Of a stretch of 61,375 bases of DNA, positions 38,207 through 47,516 are shown in pieces. How positions within the stretch are numbered: the first letter of the stretch is position 1; every line of letters begins with the position of its first letter. A model generated the notes under the pieces. It was not told the DNA's origin. It was given only the letters and a program-made list of their open reading frames with translations, and ran no database searches. Origin of the DNA: Clostridiales bacterium (GTDB lineage: Bacteria > Bacillota > Clostridia > Oscillospirales > QAKW01); the NCBI GenBank assembly GCA_003343605.1, contig QAKW01000083.1, forward strand, positions 1-61,375. Direction: 5' to 3'. Both the position numbers and the translations under genes were made by a program.

Positions 38207-39163
38207 ATGAAAAAGCTGTTTTCTATAATTGCCGCAGCAGTGCTGCTGTTTACCCTTGCTTCCTGTGGAGGCACCCATAAAATTCCGGTGATCGGCATCA
38301 GCCAGTATGGCGAACATGCCTCCCTTGATAACTGCCGCGAAGGCTTTCTTCAGGGTCTGGCCGATGCGGGCCTCACCGAAGGAACCGATTATACCCTCGA
38401 TTATCAGAATGCTGGATTCGATGATAACATCAATATTCAGATCGCGCAGAGCTTTGCAGCCAAAAAGGTCAATCTGATGTGTGCAATCGCCACCCCTTCC
38501 GCCACCGCCTGCTATGCCGCGGCGGAAGAAAATAACATCCCCGTGATTTTTACCGCGATTAACGATCCCGTTCAGTCTAAGCTTACCGGCGGCAACATCA
38601 CCGGTACATCCGATAAGCTGCCGGTAGAAGCACAGCTCCAGCTGATCCGTGCCCTGCAGCCGGAAGCGAAAACCATCGGCATTATCTACACCACCAGTGA
38701 AAGCAACTCTATCTCCACCATTGCCGATTACCAGGCAAAAGCAGGGGAATACGGATTTACCATTGAGGCCATCGGCGTTACAGCGCAGGCAGAGGTTACT
38801 CAGGCGGCCGATAATCTGATCAATAAAAAGGTCGATTGTTTTTCCAACCTAACGGATAACAATGTTGTAGGCGTTCTTTCCTCTATTTTGGAAAAGACCA
38901 ATGAAGCGGGGATCCCGGTTTACGGCAGTGAAGTGGAACAGGTTAAAATCGGCTGCGTCGCCTCCGCGGGAATCGATTATATCGAACTGGGGCGGATGAC
39001 CGGCAAAATGGCCGCAAGGGTTCTCAAAGGAGAGGCAAAGGCCTCTGAAATCCCGTTTGAAACCATTACCGACTACAGCAATTATATTAATTCCGAAGCG
39101 CTTGCCGCCTTTCACCTTACCATTCCCGACACGCTGGCAGATACTGTTGTAGAAGCCAAATAA
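38207..39163 (+). CDS. ABC importer substrate-binding lipoprotein (COG2984 type), copy 2; predicted tryptophan-related (TrpX-like)
   Basis: Lipobox LASCGG. Start is the ATG at 38207, 8 nt after GAAGGAGA (the track start at 38189 is a TTG). The substrate is inferred only from the Trp T-box upstream. Confidence 0.8.
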   Translation: MKKLFSIIAAAVLLFTLASCGGTHKIPVIGISQYGEHASLDNCREGFLQGLADAGLTEGTDYTLDYQNAGFDDNINIQIAQSFAAKKVNLMCAIATPSATACYAAAEENNIPVIFTAINDPVQSKLTGGNITGTSDKLPVEAQLQLIRALQPEAKTIGIIYTTSESNSISTIADYQAKAGEYGFTIEAIGVTAQAEVTQAADNLINKKVDCFSNLTDNNVVGVLSSILEKTNEAGIPVYGSEVEQVKIGCVASAGIDYIELGRMTGKMAARVLKGEAKASEIPFETITDYSNYINSEALAAFHLTIPDTLADTVVEAK

Positions 39164-39184
39164 CCAAAAGGAGCTCATGCTTTT

Positions 39185-40069
39185 ATGCTAGACCTGATTA
39201 TCAGCACGCTGACGCAGGGGCTGATCTACGCCCTGCTTTCCTATGGGGTTTATATCACCTATAAAATTCTGGATTTTCCGGATCTTACAGTTGATGGCTC
39301 CTTTCCACTGGGGGCGGCGGTAACCGCCGCCCTGCTAGTGCGGGGTGTAAACCCTTACCTAACGCTGCTTGCCGCGCTGGCTTCCGGCGCGCTGGCCGGG
39401 CTGGTAACCGGGCTGATCCATGTGCGCCTGAAGGTGCGGGATCTGCTGGCCGGTATCATTACCATGACCGCGCTGTTTTCCATCAACCTGCAGATCGGCG
39501 GATCCAATCTGGCGGTGGATCGGTCTACTGATACCATTTTTACTGCGCCGCCTACAATGGCGGTTTTCGGCACGCTTCCGCTGCTTTACCGCAAACTGAT
39601 TGTATCGCTGCTGCTCTGCCTGATCGGTAAACTGCTGCTGGATCTTTATTTTAAAACCAAAAGCGGGCTGCTGCTGCGCGCCGTTGGCGACAACAGCGCA
39701 CTGGTCACCAGCCTTGCGAAGGATAAGGGAACGATTAAAATTCTTGGTTTGGTGATCGCCAATGCCTTTGTTGCCCTTGCCGGGGCGGTGGTCTGCCAGG
39801 AGCAGCGAAGTTTTTCCAGCACCATGGGCACCGGGCAGGTTGTTTTCGGGCTGGCAACCGTGATCATCGGCACCACACTTTTTAAAAAGCTCGATTTTGT
39901 AAAGGGCACCACCGCTGTAATCACCGGCAGCATCCTCTATAAAGCCTGTATCCAGATCGCTATTCTCGCAGGATTGCCGGCCAATCTGCTGAAGCTGATT
40001 ACTGCTGTGCTCTTCCTGCTGATTCTGGTTTTGGGGAATCTGAAGAAGGGAGCGCGGATCCATGCTTGA
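39185..40069 (+). CDS. ABC importer permease (COG4120 type), copy 2
   Basis: 294 aa, polytopic, paralogous to 35991-36944. Confidence 0.8.
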   Translation: MLDLIISTLTQGLIYALLSYGVYITYKILDFPDLTVDGSFPLGAAVTAALLVRGVNPYLTLLAALASGALAGLVTGLIHVRLKVRDLLAGIITMTALFSINLQIGGSNLAVDRSTDTIFTAPPTMAVFGTLPLLYRKLIVSLLLCLIGKLLLDLYFKTKSGLLLRAVGDNSALVTSLAKDKGTIKILGLVIANAFVALAGAVVCQEQRSFSSTMGTGQVVFGLATVIIGTTLFKKLDFVKGTTAVITGSILYKACIQIAILAGLPANLLKLITAVLFLLILVLGNLKKGARIHA

Positions 40070-40835
40070 ACTGCGCAATATCACGAAAGTTTATAATCCG
40101 GGCACGGTAACAGAAATGTGTTTATTTGAGGATTTCAACCTACGGGTGGAAGACGGCGAATTTGTTTCCGTGGTTGGCAGCAATGGCAGTGGAAAAACCT
40201 CCATGCTGAACATTATCTGCGGCACGATTCCCATTGACCGGGGCGATCTACTGATCGGCGGCGAAAGCATCCGGCGACAGAAAGATTTTCGGCGTTATCG
40301 CCGGATCGGCCGGGTCTATCAGAACCCTGCTATGGGAACCTGCCCGAATCTGACGATCCTTGAAAACATGTCGCTTGCCGATCATAAGGGGAAGACCTTC
40401 GGCCTCGGCCCCGGCGTTAACCGCAAACGTGCACCGGATTACCGTGCGCAGCTTGCTACACTCGGGCTTGGCCTCGAAGACAAAATGCATGTAAAACTCG
40501 GCGCACTCTCCGGCGGGCAGCGGCAGGCGGTTGCCCTTCTAATGGCAACCCTTACACCGCTTGACTTTCTGATTCTGGATGAACATACCGCCGCGCTCGA
40601 CCCCCGTACAGCGGAACTGATGATGCAGCTGACCGACCGCATTATTCGTGAAAAACATCTTACCGCCATTATGGTGACTCATAATCTGCGCTATGCGGTG
40701 GAATACGGGAACCGGCTGCTGATGATGGATAAGGGAAAGATCGTGCTCGATCAGAAGGGCGCGGAAAAGGAGCGCACCACAACGGCCGAACTGCTGGAGA
40801 TATTCAACCGAATCAGCATTGAATGCGGGAATTAA
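40062..40835 (+). CDS. ABC importer ATP-binding protein (COG1101 type), copy 2
   Basis: Walker A GSNGSGKTS, LSGGQRQAV and LILDEHTAALD. It has the same ATGCTTGA start/stop overlap with the permease as in copy 1. Confidence 0.9.
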   Translation: MLELRNITKVYNPGTVTEMCLFEDFNLRVEDGEFVSVVGSNGSGKTSMLNIICGTIPIDRGDLLIGGESIRRQKDFRRYRRIGRVYQNPAMGTCPNLTILENMSLADHKGKTFGLGPGVNRKRAPDYRAQLATLGLGLEDKMHVKLGALSGGQRQAVALLMATLTPLDFLILDEHTAALDPRTAELMMQLTDRIIREKHLTAIMVTHNLRYAVEYGNRLLMMDKGKIVLDQKGAEKERTTTAELLEIFNRISIECGN

Positions 40836-40855
40836 ATCCTCAACAAATAACCGAT

Positions 40856-40888
40856 GAAAAAAGCGCCCTTTTTAGGCGCTTTTTTTAT
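40856..40888 (+). terminator. Rho-independent terminator after the second importer operon
   Basis: AAAAAAGCGCC-CUUUUUA-GGCGCUUUUUUU. Confidence 0.7.
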
Positions 40889-40983
40889 GGTCTTTGCCTT
40901 CCCTTTTCCACAGAAAAATGGTATAATTTTATAATAATGCAGCATTCAATCTATGCAATCAAGGGAAGGGAGGATGCAGCCCC

Positions 40984-42336
40984 ATGAACAGCGATCAACT
41001 CGGCACCGGAAAAATCTGGCCGCTGATTATAAAAATGACACTTCCGGCCATCGCGGCGCAGCTGGTCAACCTGCTTTACAGCATCGTAGACCGGATTTAT
41101 ATCGGGCATATCCCCGGCATTGGCGAAACCGCGCTGACTGGCGTTGGGCTGGCAACACCGGTTGTGGTAATTATATCATCGTTCAGCCAGTTTGTTGGCG
41201 GAGGCGGCGCGCCGCTGGCCTCGATCGCGCTGGGGCAGGGGCGGCGCGAGAGAGCGGAAGAAATTCTCGGCAACGGAACCTCGCTGCTGTTGGGACTTTC
41301 TGTATTGCTGCAAACGTTTTTCTACCTCTTTATGCATCCGTTCCTTTATTTTACCGGCGCCAGTGATGCAACCTATCCCTATGCCAGCGCCTATCTTTCG
41401 ATTTATCTGATCGGCACCGTTATGGTGTTGATTAGCGTTGGGCTAACGCCCTTTATTCTGATTCAGGGAAAAACTTGGATCGCCACCCTGGCAGTGGTTG
41501 TTGGCGCGGCGGCGAATATTATTCTTGATCCTGTTTTTATCTATCTTTTTAATATGGGGGTTCACGGTGCGGCGCTGGCAACCGTTATTTCTCAAACAAT
41601 GAGCGCCGCCTTTGTACTCTGGTATCTGATTTTCAAATCGGATCAGCTGCGCATCCGGCTGCGGCGGATGCGGCCGCGTGCTAAAATCCTGCTGCATATC
41701 GGCTCTCTGGGAATTTCCCCATTTGTCATGAGTATTACAGAGAGTATTATTTCGATTGTAATGAACAGTGGGTTGAGAACCTATGGCGGCGATCTTTATG
41801 TTGGCTGCCTCACCATCATGCAGAGTGTGATGCAGTTTATCGGGGTTCCGATCACCGGCTTTACACAGGGCGTTACGCCGATTATCAGCTATAATTACGG
41901 CGCCGGGCATACCGACCGGGTGAAAAAAACCTTCCGTGCCACCCTGGTGATCCTTTTTGCCTATACTTCTTCGCTGGCGCTGCTTTCCATGCTCTTTCCG
42001 GGGCTGTGCGCCCGGATCTTTACTGAAAGCGCGGAACTGATCGCGCTCACAGAGCGCGCCCTGCCCATCTTTATGGCGGGGATGCTGATCTTTGGGCTTC
42101 AGCGTGCCTGCCAAACCACCTTTCTTGCTCTCGGCCAGGCAAAATTTTCACTCTTCATCGCGCTGCTGCGTAAGGTTTTTCTGTTGGTTCCGCTGGCTCT
42201 GATCCTTCCGCGCTTTATGGGTGTTTTCGGCATTTACTGGGCGGAGCCCATTGCCGATGTAACCGCCGCGCTTACCTGTGGAACGCTCTTCCTGTGTAAT
42301 TTCAAAAAAATTCTGGCGCGGCCGCCGAAAAGCTGA
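40984..42336 (+). CDS. MATE-family efflux transporter
   Basis: 450 aa with 12 predicted TM. The N-terminus KIWPLIIKMTLPAIAAQLVNLLYSIVDRIYIG is typical of MATE/NorM-like proteins. Confidence 0.85.
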   Translation: MNSDQLGTGKIWPLIIKMTLPAIAAQLVNLLYSIVDRIYIGHIPGIGETALTGVGLATPVVVIISSFSQFVGGGGAPLASIALGQGRRERAEEILGNGTSLLLGLSVLLQTFFYLFMHPFLYFTGASDATYPYASAYLSIYLIGTVMVLISVGLTPFILIQGKTWIATLAVVVGAAANIILDPVFIYLFNMGVHGAALATVISQTMSAAFVLWYLIFKSDQLRIRLRRMRPRAKILLHIGSLGISPFVMSITESIISIVMNSGLRTYGGDLYVGCLTIMQSVMQFIGVPITGFTQGVTPIISYNYGAGHTDRVKKTFRATLVILFAYTSSLALLSMLFPGLCARIFTESAELIALTERALPIFMAGMLIFGLQRACQTTFLALGQAKFSLFIALLRKVFLLVPLALILPRFMGVFGIYWAEPIADVTAALTCGTLFLCNFKKILARPPKS

Positions 42337-42360
42337 TTGCACTTCTCTTTTGGAAGATAG

Positions 42361-42404
42361 AAAAGAAGCAGAGTTGATTTCAGCAACTCTGCTTCTTCAT
42401 TTTA
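42361..42404. terminator. Bidirectional terminator between convergent genes
   Basis: Perfect 12-bp stem GAAGCAGAGUUG-AUUUCAG-CAACUCUGCUUC, flanked by an A-rich 5' side and a U-rich 3' side. Confidence 0.7.
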
Positions 42405-42416
42405 TCAACCGCACGT

Positions 42417-43484
42417 TCAGGGATTAAGTATTTTTTCAAGCCTGGCGCCGATCAGTTCCGCCATGCACCAAAAGCCAAAGTCGTTCGGGTGCGTTCCATC
42501 CACTGTCATCATATCGGGATCTCGATAATGGAAGATCTCCTGCCCATTGATAAAATAAACATTCTGATCTCCCGCCTGAACAGCCGTTTCATAAGTATTG
42601 TAAACGATACGGATACGCTCATCAGTCTGCCGGCCGGGCACGTGATTGGGTCTCGTAAGCATTATGACAGGCAACTCAGGCTGCCGCATTCTGATCTGTT
42701 CAAACATCGGCCTATGCGTGGCTTCCAGAAAAGCGGCATCCGGCGCGTTATGATCATAATCATATACAAATACAGACATATCCAGCTGCGCGATATATTC
42801 CGCGATTTCTTTTTCGCCCTTTGCGCTGCCTGAAAACCCCAAATTGATATAATTGCAGTTTAACCTTCTTGCAATCACAGCCTGATAGGAATTGCCGGGC
42901 CTTGAGGCGCAGCCGCCCTGCGTGATCGATGAGCCGTAGTAAACAACCGGTTTCTCACAGGTATAAGGGGCCGGCTCTTCAACGGCGCTGCCATCCGCCA
43001 GACCGATATATAACGCGCATACCCCGCTGTAAAGAGGAAAATTTATCGTGATTTCCCGCATTTTTGCGGCATCAAAATCAATCACACTTTCATAGCCGCC
43101 ATCGATTTGAAACGGCGGCATGAAGGTGCCGGCATATCTCGATTCCTCCCCGTTAATATAAAGATCAAATCCTGCCGAACCCGCAAGTGTAAAATGAGGC
43201 ATTTTTCCAATGTGATTCATTTTGGCATGTATGGCGATATACGGGCTGTTGGTTTTAAACCGCACTCTGCCTCCGGCGGTATTCAGATGAAGCGCGGCCA
43301 CTCCACTGCTCACCCGCCCGGCAACAGCTTCCGGAAGGCGGCGGTACTGCCCGTTTTCCTTAAATACGCCGTAAATCTTAAAGGGATCCTGTTCAATATC
43401 GTAAAACCGGAGATCCTCTTTTTTTATTTCGCTTTTGATTGCAAAATTTCGGTCGATCTCATCGAGTGCTTTCATCTTCTCCAT
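42417..43484 (-). CDS. SGNH/GDSL-type hydrolase with N-terminal beta-sandwich domain (carbohydrate esterase-like)
   Basis: Block I YYGSSITQG, block III GFSGS and block V DGTHPND. There is a roughly 170-aa N-terminal domain, as in CE2-like acetyl esterases. Confidence 0.65.
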   Translation of the reverse strand: MEKMKALDEIDRNFAIKSEIKKEDLRFYDIEQDPFKIYGVFKENGQYRRLPEAVAGRVSSGVAALHLNTAGGRVRFKTNSPYIAIHAKMNHIGKMPHFTLAGSAGFDLYINGEESRYAGTFMPPFQIDGGYESVIDFDAAKMREITINFPLYSGVCALYIGLADGSAVEEPAPYTCEKPVVYYGSSITQGGCASRPGNSYQAVIARRLNCNYINLGFSGSAKGEKEIAEYIAQLDMSVFVYDYDHNAPDAAFLEATHRPMFEQIRMRQPELPVIMLTRPNHVPGRQTDERIRIVYNTYETAVQAGDQNVYFINGQEIFHYRDPDMMTVDGTHPNDFGFWCMAELIGARLEKILNP

Positions 43485-44254
43485 TACCGCTCTACAAACT
43501 GTTTGATATATGCCGCGCTCTTGGCCATGCTCTCAAAGGGATCGCCAAAACAATCGTCCTGCTCGACAATATAATATTTAACGCCGCTCTTTTCCGCCGA
43601 TTCCAGAATGCCGGGCCAGTTGAGATTTCCATTGCCCAGCTCCGTTTCATGCTGATAGCCGCGCTTCTCATGGAAATGCTCCAGCCGCATCATATCTTTC
43701 AGGTGCAGAATATCGATCCGCCCTTTCAGCTGCTCGATCCACCAGCGCACGTCGCCGCCGCCATGCTGCACCCAATAGGTATCCAGCACAAAAGAGGTGG
43801 TTTTCGGATTCAGGCCCTCTACCAGGATTTCAAAAGGAGTTTGCCCATTTTCAAGCCGGATAAATTCATGGCTGTGGTTATGGTAAGTAAATTTCATACC
43901 GGCTGCCGCGCATTTTTCGGCAACTGCGTTTGCGCGCCGCACAAAATCTTTCCAGCCCTCAATACCCTCGGCATGATATCCGCCGATCCCCATATTGGTG
44001 GTGTGCAGAAAACGATGGTTGACCAGCGCCTGCTCAAAATCGTTTTCCATCAGCTTGAAATCTTCATGGGTGCCAACGATCTCCAGGCCTTCCTCGGCTG
44101 CAATCATGCCGAACTGCTCAAAGGGAATGGCGCATCCGGCAGTCTGCACCTGGGTATAGCCCATTTCATGAAGCTTTTTAAAGGTGGAGCGGATATTCTC
44201 TGCCGTATCCATCGACTGACGTACGCTCCAGAGCTGCAAACCGAATTCTTTCAT
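43484..44254 (-). CDS. Sugar phosphate isomerase/epimerase (xylose isomerase-like TIM barrel)
   Basis: About 256 aa with features typical of the AP_endonuc_2 family (GLQLWSVR..., YHNHSHEF, LHLKD). Start is the ATG at 44254, after AAGGAG. The stop overlaps the SGNH start (TAATG). Confidence 0.65.
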   Translation of the reverse strand: MKEFGLQLWSVRQSMDTAENIRSTFKKLHEMGYTQVQTAGCAIPFEQFGMIAAEEGLEIVGTHEDFKLMENDFEQALVNHRFLHTTNMGIGGYHAEGIEGWKDFVRRANAVAEKCAAAGMKFTYHNHSHEFIRLENGQTPFEILVEGLNPKTTSFVLDTYWVQHGGGDVRWWIEQLKGRIDILHLKDMMRLEHFHEKRGYQHETELGNGNLNWPGILESAEKSGVKYYIVEQDDCFGDPFESMAKSAAYIKQFVER

Positions 44255-44395
44255 CGTTTTATCTCCTTTATGGCCCATACGGGCTTATTTGCTAATAAGT
44301 ATAGCACCGATTTTCCAGAATTGCAACGATAAAACACTTTATTTTTACCGCCGGAAAGCGTATAATATTTTCAATAAATAAAAGGAGCATTGCAG

Positions 44396-45163
44396 ATGAA
44401 AATTGCTATTATTACCGGTGCAAGCAGCGGGATGGGCCGCGAATTTGCACGCCAGATTACCGCGGCCGAACAGTTTGATGAAATCTGGGTAATCGCCCGG
44501 CGCGCAGAGCGCCTTGAGGCATTGAAAAACGAGCTTCCCTGCCCGGTACGCCCGCTGGCGCTGGATCTCACCCAAAAAGAAAGCTTTGCAACCTATCAGG
44601 CGCTTTTGAAGCAGGAGCAGCCGGAGGTTTCCGTTCTGATTAATGCCAGCGGTTTTGGAAAATTCGGGCGTTACGATCAAATTCCCCTTCAGGATTCTAT
44701 GGATATGATCGATCTCAACTGCAAAGCGCTGGTTGCCATTACGGAACTGACACTGCCCTATATCCTGCATGGAGGCCGGATTATCGAAGTAGATTCCCTC
44801 TCCGCCTTCCAGCCGGTTCCTTATCTGAACGTATATGCCTCCACCAAAGCCTTTATTCTGAGCTATGCACAGGGGCTGCGCGCAGAGCTTCGGGAACGTG
44901 GTATACAGGTGATGGCTTTTTGCCCCGGCTGGGTAAAAACCGAATTTTTCGACCACGCGGAACAAACCAGTACCAGTGCAGTAACTTATTTTAACCAGAT
45001 TTTCAGCGCAGAAGAGGTTGTTCGCGCTGCGCTCAGGGATTTGAAAAAGGGTAAATCCGTCTGTGTTCCCGGCTGGCGGATCCGGCTGCAGGTATTCGGC
45101 GTGAAGCACCTGCCTACAAAATGGGTGCTCCATATCTGGCTGCGCCAGCAAAAACATCTGTAA
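44396..45163 (+). CDS. Short-chain dehydrogenase/reductase (SDR)
   Basis: TGASSGMGREFA cofactor motif and the YASTK catalytic motif. ATG at 44396, after AAAGGAG. Confidence 0.85.
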   Translation: MKIAIITGASSGMGREFARQITAAEQFDEIWVIARRAERLEALKNELPCPVRPLALDLTQKESFATYQALLKQEQPEVSVLINASGFGKFGRYDQIPLQDSMDMIDLNCKALVAITELTLPYILHGGRIIEVDSLSAFQPVPYLNVYASTKAFILSYAQGLRAELRERGIQVMAFCPGWVKTEFFDHAEQTSTSAVTYFNQIFSAEEVVRAALRDLKKGKSVCVPGWRIRLQVFGVKHLPTKWVLHIWLRQQKHL

Positions 45164-45269
45164 AGGCTTTCACCCCGCCCCGAATTTTACATGGGTGTGT
45201 TTTTCGGGAACTGGATCCCATCGCTGCAATACGGCATATGCTGTATTGCGGCGATGGGAGGTGATCAGG

Positions 45270-45479
45270 GTGATCATGCGCGCGATCGTAATCAACGTTC
45301 AGCGTGACCGCCTGCTTGTTCTGGATCTGCGAAACCGGCAGCGGGTTGCTGTTTTAACCCCCGATGCACGCCGGTTTCGCAGGGGTGAGCTTGTGCGCAT
45401 CCGGTATAACGGGGTGATGACCAAAAGCATTCCGCCCCAAATCAGCGCAATTCGCATTGAGCGTTTAAGCTGCTGCTGA
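45270..45479 (+). CDS. Small hypothetical protein
   Basis: ORF ending in ...IERLSCC. GGGAGG lies 8 nt upstream of the GTG at 45270 (alternative ATG at 45276), and a terminator follows. No family recognised. Confidence 0.3.
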   Translation: MIMRAIVINVQRDRLLVLDLRNRQRVAVLTPDARRFRRGELVRIRYNGVMTKSIPPQISAIRIERLSCC

Positions 45480-45494
45480 CTGGCCGATCAAATA

Positions 45495-45526
45495 AACCCG
45501 CCGGTTTTGCCGGCGGGCTCTTTTTA
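45495..45526. terminator. Terminator between convergent genes
   Basis: CCCGCCGG-UUUUG-CCGGCGGG followed by CUCUUUUU. Confidence 0.65.
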
Positions 45527-46384
45527 GTCTAAATGAAAGATCCTTCTGATTTCTTCGTGGATTACCGGCGGCGGCCCTTCCAGACGTTCAGGATGCTTCA
45601 GATATTCCTGAAACGTATGGAATGCAACAGCAAAATAGCTGCCGCTTGCAATGCGTTCATCCATCACGATCCCGAGCGGCATGCATTTCTGAAAAATCAG
45701 CTCACCGCTCTTGCGTTTCGCCACTTCGCGGGAATTCCCGATTGCAACCGCGATAGAAGTGGTGCCGAACTCATAGACATGATGATAAATCGCATCGGTA
45801 CGGATACTGGCAAGATCGGTAAGCAGCAGCGAAATATGAAAGGGGCTCATCTCGATAACGCTTTTGGGCAGCAGGCCGTGTTTATCCATCCACCGGAAGA
45901 TATGAACGCCGCCGCGCAGCAGCCCGGGAACAGAAAGCAGAATCTTAATCATTTTCTCTGTTCCGTTATCCGGTTCCTTCCGGCGGTTTTCCGCGATATA
46001 ATCCTGCAGGCGCTCCTGCACCTTGAAAATATCATCGGTCGGCTGAAAATAGATCTTCGACATGGTTCCCCCGTCTTCCATCGAGCCCTTTAAAACCACC
46101 ATGCCCACTGCGATTTCATTGCGGGCGTAAATATTGCTGTTTACCACAAAATGATTAATCAGCGGAAACTCTGCAATCAGGCGGATATAGGCGGTTAAAA
46201 TAACAGCCAGCCTGGAAATGCGGATCCCCGCATCCCGTTTGCCGCGAATGTAACAGAGCATCGGCTCCAGCGGTATATCCAGCGTAATCATATTCATCGA
46301 ATCCATCCGCTTGTTCATCACATGCGCCGCCACCAGATACATCGGCTCCACGTTTTTGATCCGGATGCCGTCTCTTCTCTTCAT
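45524..46384 (-). CDS. Stand-alone 2-oxoacid dehydrogenase E2 catalytic-domain-like (CAT-fold) acyltransferase homologue
   Basis: 286 aa. The C-terminal MPLGIVMDERIASGSYFAVAFHTFQEYLKHPERL aligns by eye with the E2 motif MPLSLSxDHRxxDGAxAAxFL...P. There is no lipoyl or E1/E3-binding domain. Confidence 0.45.
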   Translation of the reverse strand: MKRRDGIRIKNVEPMYLVAAHVMNKRMDSMNMITLDIPLEPMLCYIRGKRDAGIRISRLAVILTAYIRLIAEFPLINHFVVNSNIYARNEIAVGMVVLKGSMEDGGTMSKIYFQPTDDIFKVQERLQDYIAENRRKEPDNGTEKMIKILLSVPGLLRGGVHIFRWMDKHGLLPKSVIEMSPFHISLLLTDLASIRTDAIYHHVYEFGTTSIAVAIGNSREVAKRKSGELIFQKCMPLGIVMDERIASGSYFAVAFHTFQEYLKHPERLEGPPPVIHEEIRRIFHLD

Positions 46385-46533
46385 AAATTATTAATCCCCT
46401 CAACCATCTTCAATACTCTGTTTTTTATTTTACACGAAACCGCCTGTATTGGCAAGGAAATTATTAAATTTTATTAATCTTAAGGATTAGACGATGCCAT
46501 CGGTCTATTTTTTTTCGAACAAAAGGGTTTTCC

Positions 46534-46562
46534 TTGCTTTTTAAAAAACTTATTGTTAAAAT
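46534..46562 (+). promoter_or_regulatory. Sigma-A-type promoter of the DMT-XRE-ATP-grasp genes
   Basis: TTGCTT (46534-46539), a 17-nt spacer ending in TGt, then TAAAAT (46557-46562). Confidence 0.5.
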
Positions 46563-46595
46563 GTTCCTGATACCGACAAAATATAAGGAGAGCTC

Positions 46596-47492
46596 ATGAA
46601 TACTATTCGAAAAAACCTGTTTCCGGTTCTGGCCGCTTTGATCTGGGGGACCGCCTTTGTTGCCCAAAGTGTCGGCGCTGGGTATGTGCCGCCCTTTGCC
46701 TTCAATACTGTTCGTTCGTTAATTGCAGCCGCTGCGCTGCTGCTGGCAGCCTTTCTATTCTCGAAAGTACGCAAAGAGCCGCTTCTACCGCCGCGAACGC
46801 AGCGCAAAGATTTACTGCTGGGCGGTTTCTGCTGTGGAGCAATTTTAACCGTGGCTTCAGGGCTCCAGCAGGCGGGCCTCAGCCAGACAAGCGCCGGCAA
46901 GGCCGGATTCATTACCGCCCTTTATATTGTTCTGGTGCCGGTTTTCGGAATTTTTTTAAAAAAGCGTGCACCGTTTACTGTTTGGATTGCTGTTCTGATC
47001 GCTGCGGTCGGGCTTTATTTTCTTTGCGTGAAGGAACGCTTCGCCATTGAAAAAAGCGACCTGCTGATTTTACTTTGCGCCGTGGCGTTTGCCTGTCATA
47101 TCCTTACAATCGATCATTTTACCGCGAAAGTAGATGGTGTTCGGCTTTCCTGCCTGCAATTTTTTGTGGTAGCAATACTCTCCGGCCTATTTACCGCATT
47201 TTTTGAGCAGCCGGTCTGGTCCAATTTTCAATACTGTATTGGGCCGCTTCTCTATGCCGGAATCTTTTCCAGCGGCATTGCCTATACGCTTCAGATCATT
47301 GCGCAGCGCGGCGCCAATCCAACGGTTGTTTCCCTGCTTTTGAGCTTGGAATCAGTCTTCTCCGTTCTTGCCGGTGCCCTGCTTTTGGGCGACCGGCTCA
47401 CCGGCCGCGAGCTGTTTGGCTGCCTGCTGATGCTGGCCGCGGTCGTCTTCGCGCAGCTGGCGCCTCTTGACAGGCATTCTAAAAAAGTGTAA
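46596..47492 (+). CDS. DMT-superfamily (EamA-type) transporter
   Basis: 298 aa with ten predicted TM in two EamA-like halves. Confidence 0.8.
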   Translation: MNTIRKNLFPVLAALIWGTAFVAQSVGAGYVPPFAFNTVRSLIAAAALLLAAFLFSKVRKEPLLPPRTQRKDLLLGGFCCGAILTVASGLQQAGLSQTSAGKAGFITALYIVLVPVFGIFLKKRAPFTVWIAVLIAAVGLYFLCVKERFAIEKSDLLILLCAVAFACHILTIDHFTAKVDGVRLSCLQFFVVAILSGLFTAFFEQPVWSNFQYCIGPLLYAGIFSSGIAYTLQIIAQRGANPTVVSLLLSLESVFSVLAGALLLGDRLTGRELFGCLLMLAAVVFAQLAPLDRHSKKV

Positions 47493-47516
47493 TATTACAC
47501 TCAAGGGGTGAGGATC

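Noticed and set aside
43439-45157. 297-aa plus-strand ORF (43439-44332) and 270-aa minus-strand ORF (44345-45157).
   Set aside because: They are antisense to the sugar-phosphate isomerase and to the SDR respectively. The SDR carries TGASSGMG and YASTK motifs and the isomerase has a good RBS.
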